A stretch of DNA of 64,000 nucleotides from Candidatus Latescibacterota bacterium. Its GTDB lineage: Bacteria; Latescibacterota; UBA2968. The first letter of the stretch is position 1; each line of letters starts with the position of its first letter. The notes below the pieces were generated by a model, which saw nothing but the letters and a program-made list of their open reading frames with translations, was not told the origin of the DNA and searched no databases. The stretch lies in assembly GCA_965207885.1 (NCBI GenBank), contig OZ242311.1, positions 1,280,001 to 1,344,000 of the forward strand, read 5' to 3'. Made by a program: the position numbers and the translations under genes. Positions 41,195-50,432 of the stretch are shown in pieces.

Positions 41195-42721
41195 ATGCCT
41201 CCGCCAAAAACGCCCAAACGCGATTTGCGTTATATTTTTATTTTTTTTACCTGCTGCATTGCGCTTTCTTGCAGCGTAGCACACGCCCAACCCATCCCCC
41301 AAAGCGGAACCCACCTGATTCCACGCCAAACCACACCCTATCGCCCCGCAACCAAAACATCCTTCTCCTCACCTTTCCGCGTTGGCGATACGCTCACGCT
41401 GCCGGCATACAGTTTTCAACTCGTTGGCGGCGGGAAATACCACACCACAACAACCTGTCGCTATGTAGGCAGCCACTGTTACATTTTTGTAGAAGATGAC
41501 ATGTGGAACACCCCGCGCGTGACACAAACGGGCATTGAATCCCTTGCCCTTGCATTTGATAAATCCACCGCACGCCATCCCGATCGCGGTATTTATGAAA
41601 CTGTCACCGACCTCTTTGGCGATCCTCCAGATGTCGATGCCGATCCCCGCATACTCATCCTGGTACTCGACGTACTCGACAGTCCTATCACTGGCATCAC
41701 ATTTGTCGGTTATATCGATACCGACAACGAAGCCCCACCCGTCTCGCGCGAAATTATTTATATCGACGCCCGTCCTCTCGACATTGGCAGCAACCTCGCA
41801 CGCGCCACACTCGCCCACGAATTTCAGCACTTGATCCACTGGAAAGCCGATTTCGACGAAGCCAAGTGGCTCGACGAAGGGTGCTCGGAATACGCCGAAC
41901 TCGCCTGTGGATACAAAGACACGACAGCAGCAGCGACCGAAAATTTTCTCTCGCTCGCTGTCAATACAGACCTCACCTATTGGGAAGATCAGTTTTTTGA
42001 TTTTGACCAGGCGTATCTCTATATGACGTACTTCGCACAGCGCTATGGCGAGGGCGCACTCCGCAAACTCATCGCAGATCCAGACAGCAGCATAGCGAGC
42101 ATCGACAATGTCCTTCAATCGCTCGACGCGCCCGAACGCTTCGAGCACCTCTTTGGACAATGGGCCGCTGCTATGTACCTCGACGGTGAGGGCGACCTCG
42201 GCTATCGCGCCATTGACCTGCATCCCGCAAAGCGCGAAATCCTCACAATTCCGACCAATAACCTCACGCGACGCGCCACGCGCTGGGGCATAGACTATCT
42301 CGCTTTGGGCGAAACACCCGGCCTCGCCTTCACAATCCAATCCACAGGTGACAACGACCTCCTCGTCACACTCATCGCCGACGGAGAGCACCCCTTTGCC
42401 GCACCGATCCCCATTTCAGCCTTACAGAGCAAACGCATTCACACATCTGGCAATATTGCCAGAACCCTCGCCATCACCTCCACATCTGGCACAACAATCG
42501 GTTACACCCTCTCCGTATCTGAACTCGCGTCCGGCCCTGCAACATCAGACTTTGATGGCGACGGGGAAATCGGCTTCTCGGACTTCCTTGCTTTTGCCTC
42601 TGCCTTTGGCAAAACCGCAGGCGACGTTGGCTTCGACCCCACCTTTGACCTCGACGGCGACCTGCGCGTTACCTTCTCTGACTTCCTCATATTTGTCAAG
42701 AACTTCGGTGCAGACCTTTAA
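41195..42721 (+). CDS. Secreted zinc metallopeptidase (M30-like) with C-terminal dockerin-like module
   Basis: Signal peptide, FGDPPDVDADPRI, TLAHEFQHLI and WLDEG. C-terminal DFDGDGEIGFSDF/DLDGDLRVTFSDF. Confidence 0.8.
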   Translation: MPPPKTPKRDLRYIFIFFTCCIALSCSVAHAQPIPQSGTHLIPRQTTPYRPATKTSFSSPFRVGDTLTLPAYSFQLVGGGKYHTTTTCRYVGSHCYIFVEDDMWNTPRVTQTGIESLALAFDKSTARHPDRGIYETVTDLFGDPPDVDADPRILILVLDVLDSPITGITFVGYIDTDNEAPPVSREIIYIDARPLDIGSNLARATLAHEFQHLIHWKADFDEAKWLDEGCSEYAELACGYKDTTAAATENFLSLAVNTDLTYWEDQFFDFDQAYLYMTYFAQRYGEGALRKLIADPDSSIASIDNVLQSLDAPERFEHLFGQWAAAMYLDGEGDLGYRAIDLHPAKREILTIPTNNLTRRATRWGIDYLALGETPGLAFTIQSTGDNDLLVTLIADGEHPFAAPIPISALQSKRIHTSGNIARTLAITSTSGTTIGYTLSVSELASGPATSDFDGDGEIGFSDFLAFASAFGKTAGDVGFDPTFDLDGDLRVTFSDFLIFVKNFGADL

Positions 42722-42744
42722 CATAAAAAACGAAAGGCAATCCC

Positions 42745-44337
42745 ATGCCAATCACGACCCTTATTCACTCAGGCAAAATAATCGACGGCACCGGCAACCC
42801 CTATTTCTACGGCGACATAGCTCTTGAGAACGGCAAGGTCTCCACCATCGAACCGCCGGAGACCATCCCCCGCGACGGCATAGACGAAATCGTCGATGCA
42901 TCCGGTCACATCGTCTGTCCCGGCTTCATCGACATCCAGAGCCACTCCATCGTCCCACTCATGCGCGATGGCCGATGCCTCTCCAAAATCACACAGGGCA
43001 TCACGACTGAAATCATGGGCGAAGCGTGGACCCCCGCACCTGTCGGCGGCTCCAATACCCTCTCGCGATCTCTACCCAAAAACTGGCAGGAACGCGCGCG
43101 GGACTGGCATCGTTTCGGCAACTGGCTCGACGCCATGATCGAAGCTGGCGTCTCGCCCAACGTCGGCTCCTTCCTGGGCGCGGGCACCCTGCGCGCGCAG
43201 GCAATGGGCATGCGGATGGGCGAGCCAACCCCCGACGAAATGAAAACCATGCACCGCATCATGGCCGAATCCATGGAAGACGGCGCCTTCGGTCCCTCCT
43301 ATGCCCTCATCTACCCGCCGGACACATATACCAGCACGGATGAAATCGTCGAAATCTGCAAAACAACAGCGCGATTCGGCGGCATCTACATCACCCACAT
43401 GCGATCCGAAGCCGACAAACTTCTCGAAGCCCTGGACGAAGCCATCGAAATCGGACAGCGCGCCAACCTCCCGGTCGAAGTCTATCACCTCAAAGCCGTC
43501 CCCGAGCACAACTACCCCAAGATGCACCAGGTCATTGCGCGCATAAATCAGGTACGCGCCGAGGGCCTCGACATCACCGCCGATATGTATCCCTACACCG
43601 CCAGCGGCACCGGCCTATCCACTGTCCTGCCCACCTGGGTAGCCGCAGACGGCAAATTCTTCGACAACCTGCGCGATCCCGACATCCGCGCGAAAATCGT
43701 CTCCGAAGTCAGAAACCGCCAGGGCGAAATTCCCCGTCGTCCCGACCGAATCGCTCCAGTCGGATTTAAAAAACCTGAAAATCAGCAGTACATCGGCAAG
43801 CGCCTCTCTGAGATTGCCGAGATGCGCGACCAGGGCTGGATAGAAGCCACCATCGACCTCCTGCTCTCGGAAAACCAGCGCATCTTTACCATCTACCACA
43901 CCATATCCGAAGACAATGTCCGTCTCCAACTTCAGCTCCCCTGGATCAAAGTTTCCACCGACGCGGGCGGCGTCGATCCAGAACGGGTGGCTGCTGAAGG
44001 ACCGCTCCACCCCCGGTCGTACGGCACCTATCCCCGCGTCCTCGGCCACTATGTCCGCGACGAAAAGCTCATGCCACTCGAAGAAGCCATCCGTAAAATG
44101 ACCTCCTCAGTCGCCAATCGCCTCTCACTGTGGGACCGCGGGCGGCTCCAGCCCCACTGCTGGGCCGACGTCGTCGTCTTTGATTCCGACACCGTCGCTG
44201 ACCGCTCGACATTCGACGACTCCCACCAGCTCTCTATCGGCATCAGAGATGTCTTCGTCAACGGCATTCACGTCCTCAAAAATGGCGAACACACAGGCGC
44301 AACCCCCGGGATGTTCGTCAAAGGTCCAGGTGCGTAA
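42745..44337 (+). CDS. N-acyl-D-amino-acid deacylase (D-aminoacylase) family amidohydrolase
   Basis: IDGTG, PGFIDIQSHS, THMRSE, DMYPYTAS, HPRSYGTYPRVLG and EAIRKMTS. Confidence 0.9.
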   Translation: MPITTLIHSGKIIDGTGNPYFYGDIALENGKVSTIEPPETIPRDGIDEIVDASGHIVCPGFIDIQSHSIVPLMRDGRCLSKITQGITTEIMGEAWTPAPVGGSNTLSRSLPKNWQERARDWHRFGNWLDAMIEAGVSPNVGSFLGAGTLRAQAMGMRMGEPTPDEMKTMHRIMAESMEDGAFGPSYALIYPPDTYTSTDEIVEICKTTARFGGIYITHMRSEADKLLEALDEAIEIGQRANLPVEVYHLKAVPEHNYPKMHQVIARINQVRAEGLDITADMYPYTASGTGLSTVLPTWVAADGKFFDNLRDPDIRAKIVSEVRNRQGEIPRRPDRIAPVGFKKPENQQYIGKRLSEIAEMRDQGWIEATIDLLLSENQRIFTIYHTISEDNVRLQLQLPWIKVSTDAGGVDPERVAAEGPLHPRSYGTYPRVLGHYVRDEKLMPLEEAIRKMTSSVANRLSLWDRGRLQPHCWADVVVFDSDTVADRSTFDDSHQLSIGIRDVFVNGIHVLKNGEHTGATPGMFVKGPGA

Positions 44338-44376
44338 GCAGAATCATAGCTCACTTAAACTCTTGAGAGACGACTA

Positions 44377-45522
44377 ATGCCCGAAAATAAAAATACAGAT
44401 CTGTTACAGCGCAATTTCATCGACATGCTCAAGGCAACAGGTAGTTTGAAGAATAAGGCAATAGAACGTGCCCTCCAATCGACACCGAGACATCTGTTTG
44501 TTGATCGAATCCATGCATTGGGAAAACAGAAAGGCTTAATCGAGGTAGATCCAAAATGCCCCACCTCGAGCCAATTAAAGAGAATTTATTCCGACGAAGC
44601 TCTGCTCAGCCACCTCAATCCACCAAGCTCGACATCGCAGCCTTCTCTCGTCGTTCACATGCTGGACGTCCTATCCGTTCGCGCGGGACATCGCGTATTT
44701 GAAATTGGCGCAGGCACCGGATGGAACGCCGCTCTATTGGCCCATCTCGCGGGTCCCGACGGACGTGTTGTGACAATGGATATTCAACCCGATGTTACTC
44801 GCAGGGCACGCCTTCACTTGGAGCAACAGGGCACAAAAAACGTTCGTGTAATAACGGGTGATGCATCAAAAGGCTACGCGAAAGAAGCACCTTTTGATCG
44901 GCTGATCACCACGGTTACATGCCCAACCCTGTTCTCCGCCTGGTGGGAGCAACTATCGTCCAAAGGCGTAATGGTATTGACGTTGAACGACTTCCCGGGT
45001 GAGATCCAGTGCCTCATGTTGAAGTTACAAAAGCGAAAAGATCATCTCAGTGGGGAGGTAATTTCTCTTCCTGGATTTATGCTATTCACAGGCAGACATG
45101 GAATGACTCCTCAGTGGGATCAGGCTCAGAAATTGGTCGAGGAATTTGCCGAAAAACGACCAGCCGCCAAAGAGCGCGCTTCCTGGGCGGATATACAAGA
45201 CGGAAGGAATAGTTGGACTTTACGGAGGGATCTGGCGTTCTTTGCTCAACTTCAGGGATTAACCGTAATACCTATGCAGAATGCTTTTGTACTCACCACC
45301 CATAATAGATCGAATATCTGTATCATACACGAAAATCACATAACTGCATACGGAGGGAGGGAGTGTTTCGACAAACTCAAAGAAGCGCAAACAAAATGGC
45401 TTCATTCAGGTACACCATCCCGCCAGGACTACTGCGTAGAAGTATGGCCGAGTACTGTCTATCGAAAAAATAGCTGGGAGCTACGCCACGAAGATGTAAC
45501 CTTCATTTTTAGCCTAAAATGA
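44377..45522 (+). CDS. Protein-L-isoaspartate O-methyltransferase-like SAM methyltransferase with long C-terminal extension
   Basis: PRHLFV, SSTSQP, EIGAGTGWNAALLA, GD..KGY..EAPFDR. Confidence 0.8.
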   Translation: MPENKNTDLLQRNFIDMLKATGSLKNKAIERALQSTPRHLFVDRIHALGKQKGLIEVDPKCPTSSQLKRIYSDEALLSHLNPPSSTSQPSLVVHMLDVLSVRAGHRVFEIGAGTGWNAALLAHLAGPDGRVVTMDIQPDVTRRARLHLEQQGTKNVRVITGDASKGYAKEAPFDRLITTVTCPTLFSAWWEQLSSKGVMVLTLNDFPGEIQCLMLKLQKRKDHLSGEVISLPGFMLFTGRHGMTPQWDQAQKLVEEFAEKRPAAKERASWADIQDGRNSWTLRRDLAFFAQLQGLTVIPMQNAFVLTTHNRSNICIIHENHITAYGGRECFDKLKEAQTKWLHSGTPSRQDYCVEVWPSTVYRKNSWELRHEDVTFIFSLK

Positions 45523-45541
45523 CACGGACGCGGACAGACCA

Positions 45542-46459
45542 CTATGTGATCACACCGCGCTTGCGAAGCACATCATCCACCTCATCATCGCCCGTCAATT
45601 TGTCGGCAAAGTTGAACTCCGATCCCGCATTGAGCAGCAATTCGATCACTCCCGCATAATCGGCGTCTGGCGCAGGATGATTTGCCAGAAAATACATTGT
45701 TGAACCAAGCGCTGTACCACCATAGTCATTTTTTGACTCAACAGAAGCCCCGCAATCCAGAAGCATCTCGACCGTATCTCTTCGACCGCGTTGTGATGCC
45801 AGCATCAATCCCGTATTATTCGCCCCGCCCCTTGCGTCTATATCCACGCCGCGTTTGAGAAGACATTCTGCCACCCCAGTGTGTCCATACTTGCAAGCAG
45901 ACCAGAATGCCTCTTCCAATTCCCCACGGGATATACCTCCCTCATCGACAAATCTCTCGACCAGTTCAAGCTCCCCCAGGCCAGCGGCGACTTCGACATT
46001 CATAATCTTTGCACCGCATTTGAGAAGAGCCTGAACCGACTCGGGATACTCAGAACTAAGCGCGAGCCTCAGTGGTTCACCATCTCCCTTTATCCCATCT
46101 ACTCCGGCACCCGCATTGACGAATACGCTCACAAGCTCAGCAGCGACACCCGATTTATGTGGGTAAAAACTGGTCACCAGTGAAACAAGGGGTGTCGTCC
46201 CCGATCTCCCATCCAAAAACGTAGCATCTATCTCAGCACCAGCATCAATAAGCACATTTGCAACATCGACTGCGTTAGTCGGTGTCCTCTGCCGTTCATC
46301 TTCCACGCCATTTGCCGCCACATAGTGAATCAACATCGCCCTATGCGCTCTGGATGATCGCATGCGAATCAGATCAGGCTCTCTCTCGAGCAGCGATTTG
46401 AGCGTCTCAATATCACCGGAAATCACAGCATCAACTGCTTCCTCAAATTTCTTAGCCAT
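45542..46459 (-). CDS. Ankyrin repeat protein
   Basis: AVISGDIETLKSLL, ACKYGHTGVAECLLKRGVDID and TGLMLASQRGRRDTVEMLLDCGA. Confidence 0.88.
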   Translation of the reverse strand: MAKKFEEAVDAVISGDIETLKSLLEREPDLIRMRSSRAHRAMLIHYVAANGVEDERQRTPTNAVDVANVLIDAGAEIDATFLDGRSGTTPLVSLVTSFYPHKSGVAAELVSVFVNAGAGVDGIKGDGEPLRLALSSEYPESVQALLKCGAKIMNVEVAAGLGELELVERFVDEGGISRGELEEAFWSACKYGHTGVAECLLKRGVDIDARGGANNTGLMLASQRGRRDTVEMLLDCGASVESKNDYGGTALGSTMYFLANHPAPDADYAGVIELLLNAGSEFNFADKLTGDDEVDDVLRKRGVIT

Positions 46460-46556
46460 ATTTATTTATTCCTTAACAGTTAGAATTGCAAAAACGGTCG
46501 AGGTTTGCGATATTATCCAATATGCTGTGCAAAAAACCTTATAGTGTGGGGAACTT

Positions 46557-46706
46557 ATGAAAACGATTCAAATGGAAATTTTAGAAAAAAAACATCGCGA
46601 TGGATATAAAAAACACCCTGTAACAGAAGGTGAATTTGACATCTGGGAAACAGAACAAGTTTGGGGTGATCAATGTTGTATAGAAGGAGCTCAAAATGAA
46701 ATTTGA
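46557..46706 (+). pseudogene. Internally deleted RHH/CopG-type antitoxin relic (MKTIQMEILEKKHRDGYKKHPVTEGEFDIWETEQVWGD...)
   Basis: N-terminal MKTIQM and C-terminal LExKHRxGY..HPV..EF..WE.EQ.WGD resemble antitoxins of PemK/MazF pairs. The RHH helices between them are absent. Family match is from recollection. Confidence 0.55.
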
Positions 46707-46929
46707 CCGCATAACCTTTGATCCTAAAATGATGGGGGGACGCGCGTGTATCCGCGGCATGCGTGTAACGGTTTCTCTTTTGGTCAATTTGGTTGCAAAT
46801 CGGATGTCAACAGAAGAGATTCTTGAAGCTTATCCCTATCTCGAAGCTGAGGATATTCAACAAGCACTTCAATACGCTGCATGGCTCGCTGAAGAATCTA
46901 TCCATCCACTCGAACATGCGGCCCCATGA
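46696..46929 (+). CDS. DUF433 family putative antitoxin
   Basis: RITFDPKMMGGRACIRGMRVTV..EILEAYPYLEAEDIQQALQYAA. Confidence 0.9.
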   Translation: MKFDRITFDPKMMGGRACIRGMRVTVSLLVNLVANRMSTEEILEAYPYLEAEDIQQALQYAAWLAEESIHPLEHAAP

Positions 46930-47291
46930 AATTTCTTGCCGACATGGGTATATCCCCTCATACCGTATCTTTTCTTCAAACACAGGGATATGACGCGATT
47001 CACCTCCTTGAGCAACACCTTGAGCAACTATCAGATATTGAAATTTTTGAAAAAGCGCGTTATGAATCTCGCATCATCCTGACACACGATTTAGACTTTG
47101 CCGATATTCTTGCGGCCACTCAGGTTATCCTTCCCAGCGTAATCATCTTCCGTCTTAGAAATATGACACCACAAAATGTGAATCTATATCTTCTAACGAT
47201 TCTCAAACAGCATCAAAATGATTTAAGGCAAGGTACTGTTATCAGTGTTACAGAAGGACAAATCCGCAAGCGCCAACTACCAATCCCTTAA
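46926..47291 (+). CDS. DUF5615 PIN-like putative toxin
   Basis: MKFLADMGIS, D..I..KA, RIILTHDLDF and PSVIIFRL. ATGA overlap with the DUF433 gene. Confidence 0.88.
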   Translation: MKFLADMGISPHTVSFLQTQGYDAIHLLEQHLEQLSDIEIFEKARYESRIILTHDLDFADILAATQVILPSVIIFRLRNMTPQNVNLYLLTILKQHQNDLRQGTVISVTEGQIRKRQLPIP

Positions 47292-47318
47292 CCGCATCTG
47301 ATCAAAACATTTACCTGT

Positions 47319-47993
47319 TCAAACCCCCTCATCCTTCACCACTTCCCCATCGAGCAAATGCACAATGCGTTTGCTATAGCCCGCCCACTTTTCCGAATGC
47401 GTCACCTGCACAATCGTTGTCCCTCCCTCGTGCAAACTGGTAAACAGATTCATCACATGTTCGCCCTGCGTGGAATTTAAGTTTCCAGTAGGTTCATCGG
47501 CCAGAATCACACGCGGTTTAATCACCACCGCACGCGCAACACCTACGCGCTGTTGTTCGCCGCCAGACAATTGATGAGGAAACAAATCCTTCTTCTCCAC
47601 CAGATCAAACTCATCCAGCATCGCATTCACCATCTCTTCGCGTTCATCGCTCTTCACCTTCTTGTACAACAAAGGTGTCTCGATATTGCCGTACACAGTC
47701 AACTCATCAATCAAATGATAGCTCTGAAACACAAAGCCGATATTGTTCTTGTGGCAATCTGACCGCTCGCGCTCGCGCATCTTATGCACGGCATCGCCGT
47801 CAAACAAATATTCCCCTCTATTCGACGAATCCAGCATACCCATAATGTGCAACAACGTAGATTTGCCCGAACCGGAAGGCCCCATAATAGATACAAACTC
47901 CCCAGACGCAACCTCCAGATCAATCCCCTGCAACACAACCGTCCGAATAAAACGCGACGAATACCACTTTTGAATACCCGACATCTGAATCAT
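47319..47993 (-). CDS. Orphan ABC ATP-binding protein (MacB/LolD type)
   Basis: GPSGSGKST, LSGGEQQRV and [16 protein letters not shown]. Confidence 0.92.
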   Translation of the reverse strand: MIQMSGIQKWYSSRFIRTVVLQGIDLEVASGEFVSIMGPSGSGKSTLLHIMGMLDSSNRGEYLFDGDAVHKMRERERSDCHKNNIGFVFQSYHLIDELTVYGNIETPLLYKKVKSDEREEMVNAMLDEFDLVEKKDLFPHQLSGGEQQRVGVARAVVIKPRVILADEPTGNLNSTQGEHVMNLFTSLHEGGTTIVQVTHSEKWAGYSKRIVHLLDGEVVKDEGV

Positions 47994-48052
47994 CTCGGAC
48001 CTCCTCTATAAACTAATTTTGAACGACGGATCAAATTGTAACGCCCATCCTA

Positions 48053-48069
48053 TGCAATATCCGTGCCAA
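48053..48069 (-). promoter_or_regulatory. sigma54 (-24/-12) promoter
   Basis: TTGGCACGGATATTGCA matches TGGCAC-N5-TTGCA. Confidence 0.8.
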
Positions 48070-48132
48070 AATACATATTTTATTATTTTTCAACATGTTA
48101 TAAAAAATCGGCCAAATTGCACAACACTGCAA

Positions 48133-48171
48133 GTGTCCGATATTGATACACAGGTGTCCGAAAATGAACAC
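48133..48171. promoter_or_regulatory. Tandem putative enhancer (bEBP UAS) sites
   Basis: GTGTCCGATATTGATACAC and GTGTCCGAAAATGAACAC, starts 21 bp apart, each quasi-palindromic, upstream of the sigma54 site. Confidence 0.55.
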
Positions 48172-48181
48172 TTAAAACCAA

Positions 48182-49057
48182 CTATACCTTCACCTTCAAC
48201 GCACCCGGAACAACCTCAATCTTTGCGGGAACCTCACACATCGGTTCGCCATCGGCAAAAATCCACAAGGGATCATCGGACTCAATCTGCAAAGTTCTCG
48301 TCTGCACAACGCGCACAGCAGAATGACCAACATGAGCGCCGGAATACGCGCGCAAAAACATCCGCAAAACCGTCCAGCGCGAAACATCTGCCACAATGCA
48401 CACATCCAGCACCCCATCGTCAACAATGGCATCAGGTGCAATTTTAATCCCACTCCCATAAAAAGGCGCGTTTGCCGTTGCCGCCAGTAAAATACGCCCT
48501 TCAAAAACGCCAAAATCTCCCCTCAAACGCACAAAAGGAGATCGATATCCAGATAGTGTTCGCAAAACCGCCAGACAATAGGACGCTGTCCCACCCAATC
48601 TCGAAGGTCGAGACCGCGCCCTTTGCGCCACCACAGTATCGAAACCCAAACTCGCAACAGTCGCAAAAAATCGGTCACCCACTTTCCCCAGATCAATCGC
48701 GCGATCCACCCCATGCACCAGCGTATTGACCACATCCTTCACATCTCTGGACAAACCCAATGCCCGCGCCAAATCATTCCCCCGACCACAGGGCACAACC
48801 CCCAAAACCGCGTCTGAATTTGCAAGCCCATTGACCACCTCATGCACTGTCCCATCGCCCCCACATGCAGCAACCTGTCGCACCCCTCGCGCCAACGCTT
48901 CCCGCGCTAACCGCTCGCAATCGCCCGGTGCTCCCGACATCATCAAATCGACATATACACCGCGCTTGTGCAACAAATCCGCAACCCGCTCACCTGTACG
49001 CCTTGCACGGCCACGTCCCGAAACGGGATTTGCAATAATTGTCCAGTGATTTGACAT
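48182..49057 (-). CDS. Diacylglycerol kinase family (YegS/DagK-like) lipid kinase
   Basis: NPVSGRG, GGDGTVHEVVNG, PCGRGNDLAR, N..FYGSG and ADGE. Confidence 0.9.
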   Translation of the reverse strand: MSNHWTIIANPVSGRGRARRTGERVADLLHKRGVYVDLMMSGAPGDCERLAREALARGVRQVAACGGDGTVHEVVNGLANSDAVLGVVPCGRGNDLARALGLSRDVKDVVNTLVHGVDRAIDLGKVGDRFFATVASLGFDTVVAQRARSRPSRLGGTASYCLAVLRTLSGYRSPFVRLRGDFGVFEGRILLAATANAPFYGSGIKIAPDAIVDDGVLDVCIVADVSRWTVLRMFLRAYSGAHVGHSAVRVVQTRTLQIESDDPLWIFADGEPMCEVPAKIEVVPGALKVKV

Positions 49058-49104
49058 CAAATTAAAAAGAAAACTCATCTCATGATGAGATGAGTAAAAA
49101 TAAG

Positions 49105-50302
49105 CATGGTACACGACAAAACTTAAATTGTTTTAAACAGTGGCGGATTACTCAGTAAACGAATGCATATGAGGAACTGTTGGGTTTGTTGGTTTATATT
49201 GAGCAGGACATACTGCAAATAGTCCAACCCATATCGGAAGAGACTTTTCTCCATCCGCCCGTGATTTTTGATCGTCAAAGGATTTGTTTTTGCTATCCAT
49301 TCGCCGATGATATGCGCCCAGATGCAGGCAATGGCCAAAAGCGCGATGAGTTTCTCAATGCGGTCTTGATGTATAAGATGGGTCTCTTCCAGATTAAATC
49401 CTCGACTTTTAAGATTGGCAAAAAGGACTTCAATGCCCCATCGTTTTTTATAGGTATCCAATGCGGCTTGACCTTTTTGGTTGCTGGCAAGAATGAGGTA
49501 TTGGTCCTTCAATCTTAGTGCAGACAGATATACAGGCAGGTCATAAACGCGGTGGCGTTTGCACAAGTTGACCTGCTGATGGATATTAAGATTTTCAAAC
49601 CGTTTTCTTATGGGGATCTCTCTACCGCCTGATGAGACAAGAGCGTTTTCCTTGATGCGAATAACAAAGGGTATATTTTGTGTGTCTAACCACCTAAACC
49701 ATTCTCTTCCAATAAATTCTCTGTCTGCGACGACAACGCGGATATGCGATTTGCAGATGCAGTTGAGCATTTCTTGCATCAAATGGATACGCTCATCACT
49801 ATTGGAATTGCCCCGTTTTTTTAACAAGTGCCAACAGATAGGAAAGGCGACCCCTTCATAGATAATGCCTGCGGTTAGGATGTTGATATTGAATTTTCCC
49901 AACTTCCAATTGGTGCGATCTATTGAGACTATAAAATCCGACTTTATAGGTAATAAGTGCAAGATCAATTGTCTCACACACGCATAGGGTAAGGCAAAGT
50001 GGGCAAAGAAGCGTTGGATACGACGATAATTAGATTTCTGCTTGACGGTTCCATTGAGTGCGTTTGCCAGTTTCATAAAATTGACGCTACGCAATTTTAT
50101 CAGCGACAATATGAACGCAGCGGTAAACGTTATTCGGGCTTTATGCCAGTGAAAATATCCTTGCATAATCGTTTGAAGTTCAATAGTTTCAGGAGACATA
50201 GACCTGTGCCTTGTTAAGATGAGAAAGGTTTGTCTTGGGACATTCAAACCTAACTCTTTTTAGCTTTTTTCACAGGTCTTTTATTTTTTGTCGTGTACTA
50301 TG
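49105..50302 (-). mobile_element. Intact IS4-family insertion sequence (1198 bp)
   Basis: TIRs CATGGTACACGACAAAA (49105-49121) and CATAGTACACGACAAAA (reverse, 50286-50302), 16/17 identical. 9-bp target duplication AAAAATAAG at 49096-49104 and 50303-50311. Confidence 0.93.
49123..50199 (-). CDS. IS4-family DDE transposase
   Basis: IDRTNW, ADREF and YKKRWGIEVLFANLKS (YREK-type motif). Confidence 0.92.
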   Translation of the reverse strand: MSPETIELQTIMQGYFHWHKARITFTAAFILSLIKLRSVNFMKLANALNGTVKQKSNYRRIQRFFAHFALPYACVRQLILHLLPIKSDFIVSIDRTNWKLGKFNINILTAGIIYEGVAFPICWHLLKKRGNSNSDERIHLMQEMLNCICKSHIRVVVADREFIGREWFRWLDTQNIPFVIRIKENALVSSGGREIPIRKRFENLNIHQQVNLCKRHRVYDLPVYLSALRLKDQYLILASNQKGQAALDTYKKRWGIEVLFANLKSRGFNLEETHLIHQDRIEKLIALLAIACIWAHIIGEWIAKTNPLTIKNHGRMEKSLFRYGLDYLQYVLLNINQQTQQFLICIRLLSNPPLFKTI

Positions 50303-50335
50303 AAAAATAAGTTAAAAGTCGAACTTCTGGAGCAA

Positions 50336-50422
50336 CTACCCCGGTAACTTCCCCGGTAATTTGAACTCAAGCGTCGTGCCTTCCCCTTCTTGAATAAGAA
50401 TTTCAAGGTCAGAAGACGTCAC
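50336..50422 (-). pseudogene. Relic of an AlbA_2/Schlafen-like DNA-binding protein gene (MTSSDLEILIQEGEGTTLEFK...)
   Basis: Typical LIxEGEGxxLEFK N-terminus. In a shifted frame it continues as TGEVTGVVAPEVRLL, a linker-like sequence from the C-terminal part of such proteins. Confidence 0.55.
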
Positions 50423-50432
50423 ATTCTCTCCC

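Noticed and set aside
41369-42391. Long antisense ORFs (e.g. 41369-42391, 972-1814, 11427-12314, 50460-51257)
   Set aside because: They are shadows of well-supported genes on the opposite strand, with no motifs or RBS.
44377-46459. RiPP biosynthetic cluster around the PIMT-like gene
   Set aside because: No precursor, cyclase, ATP-grasp ligase or lanthionine synthetase is nearby.
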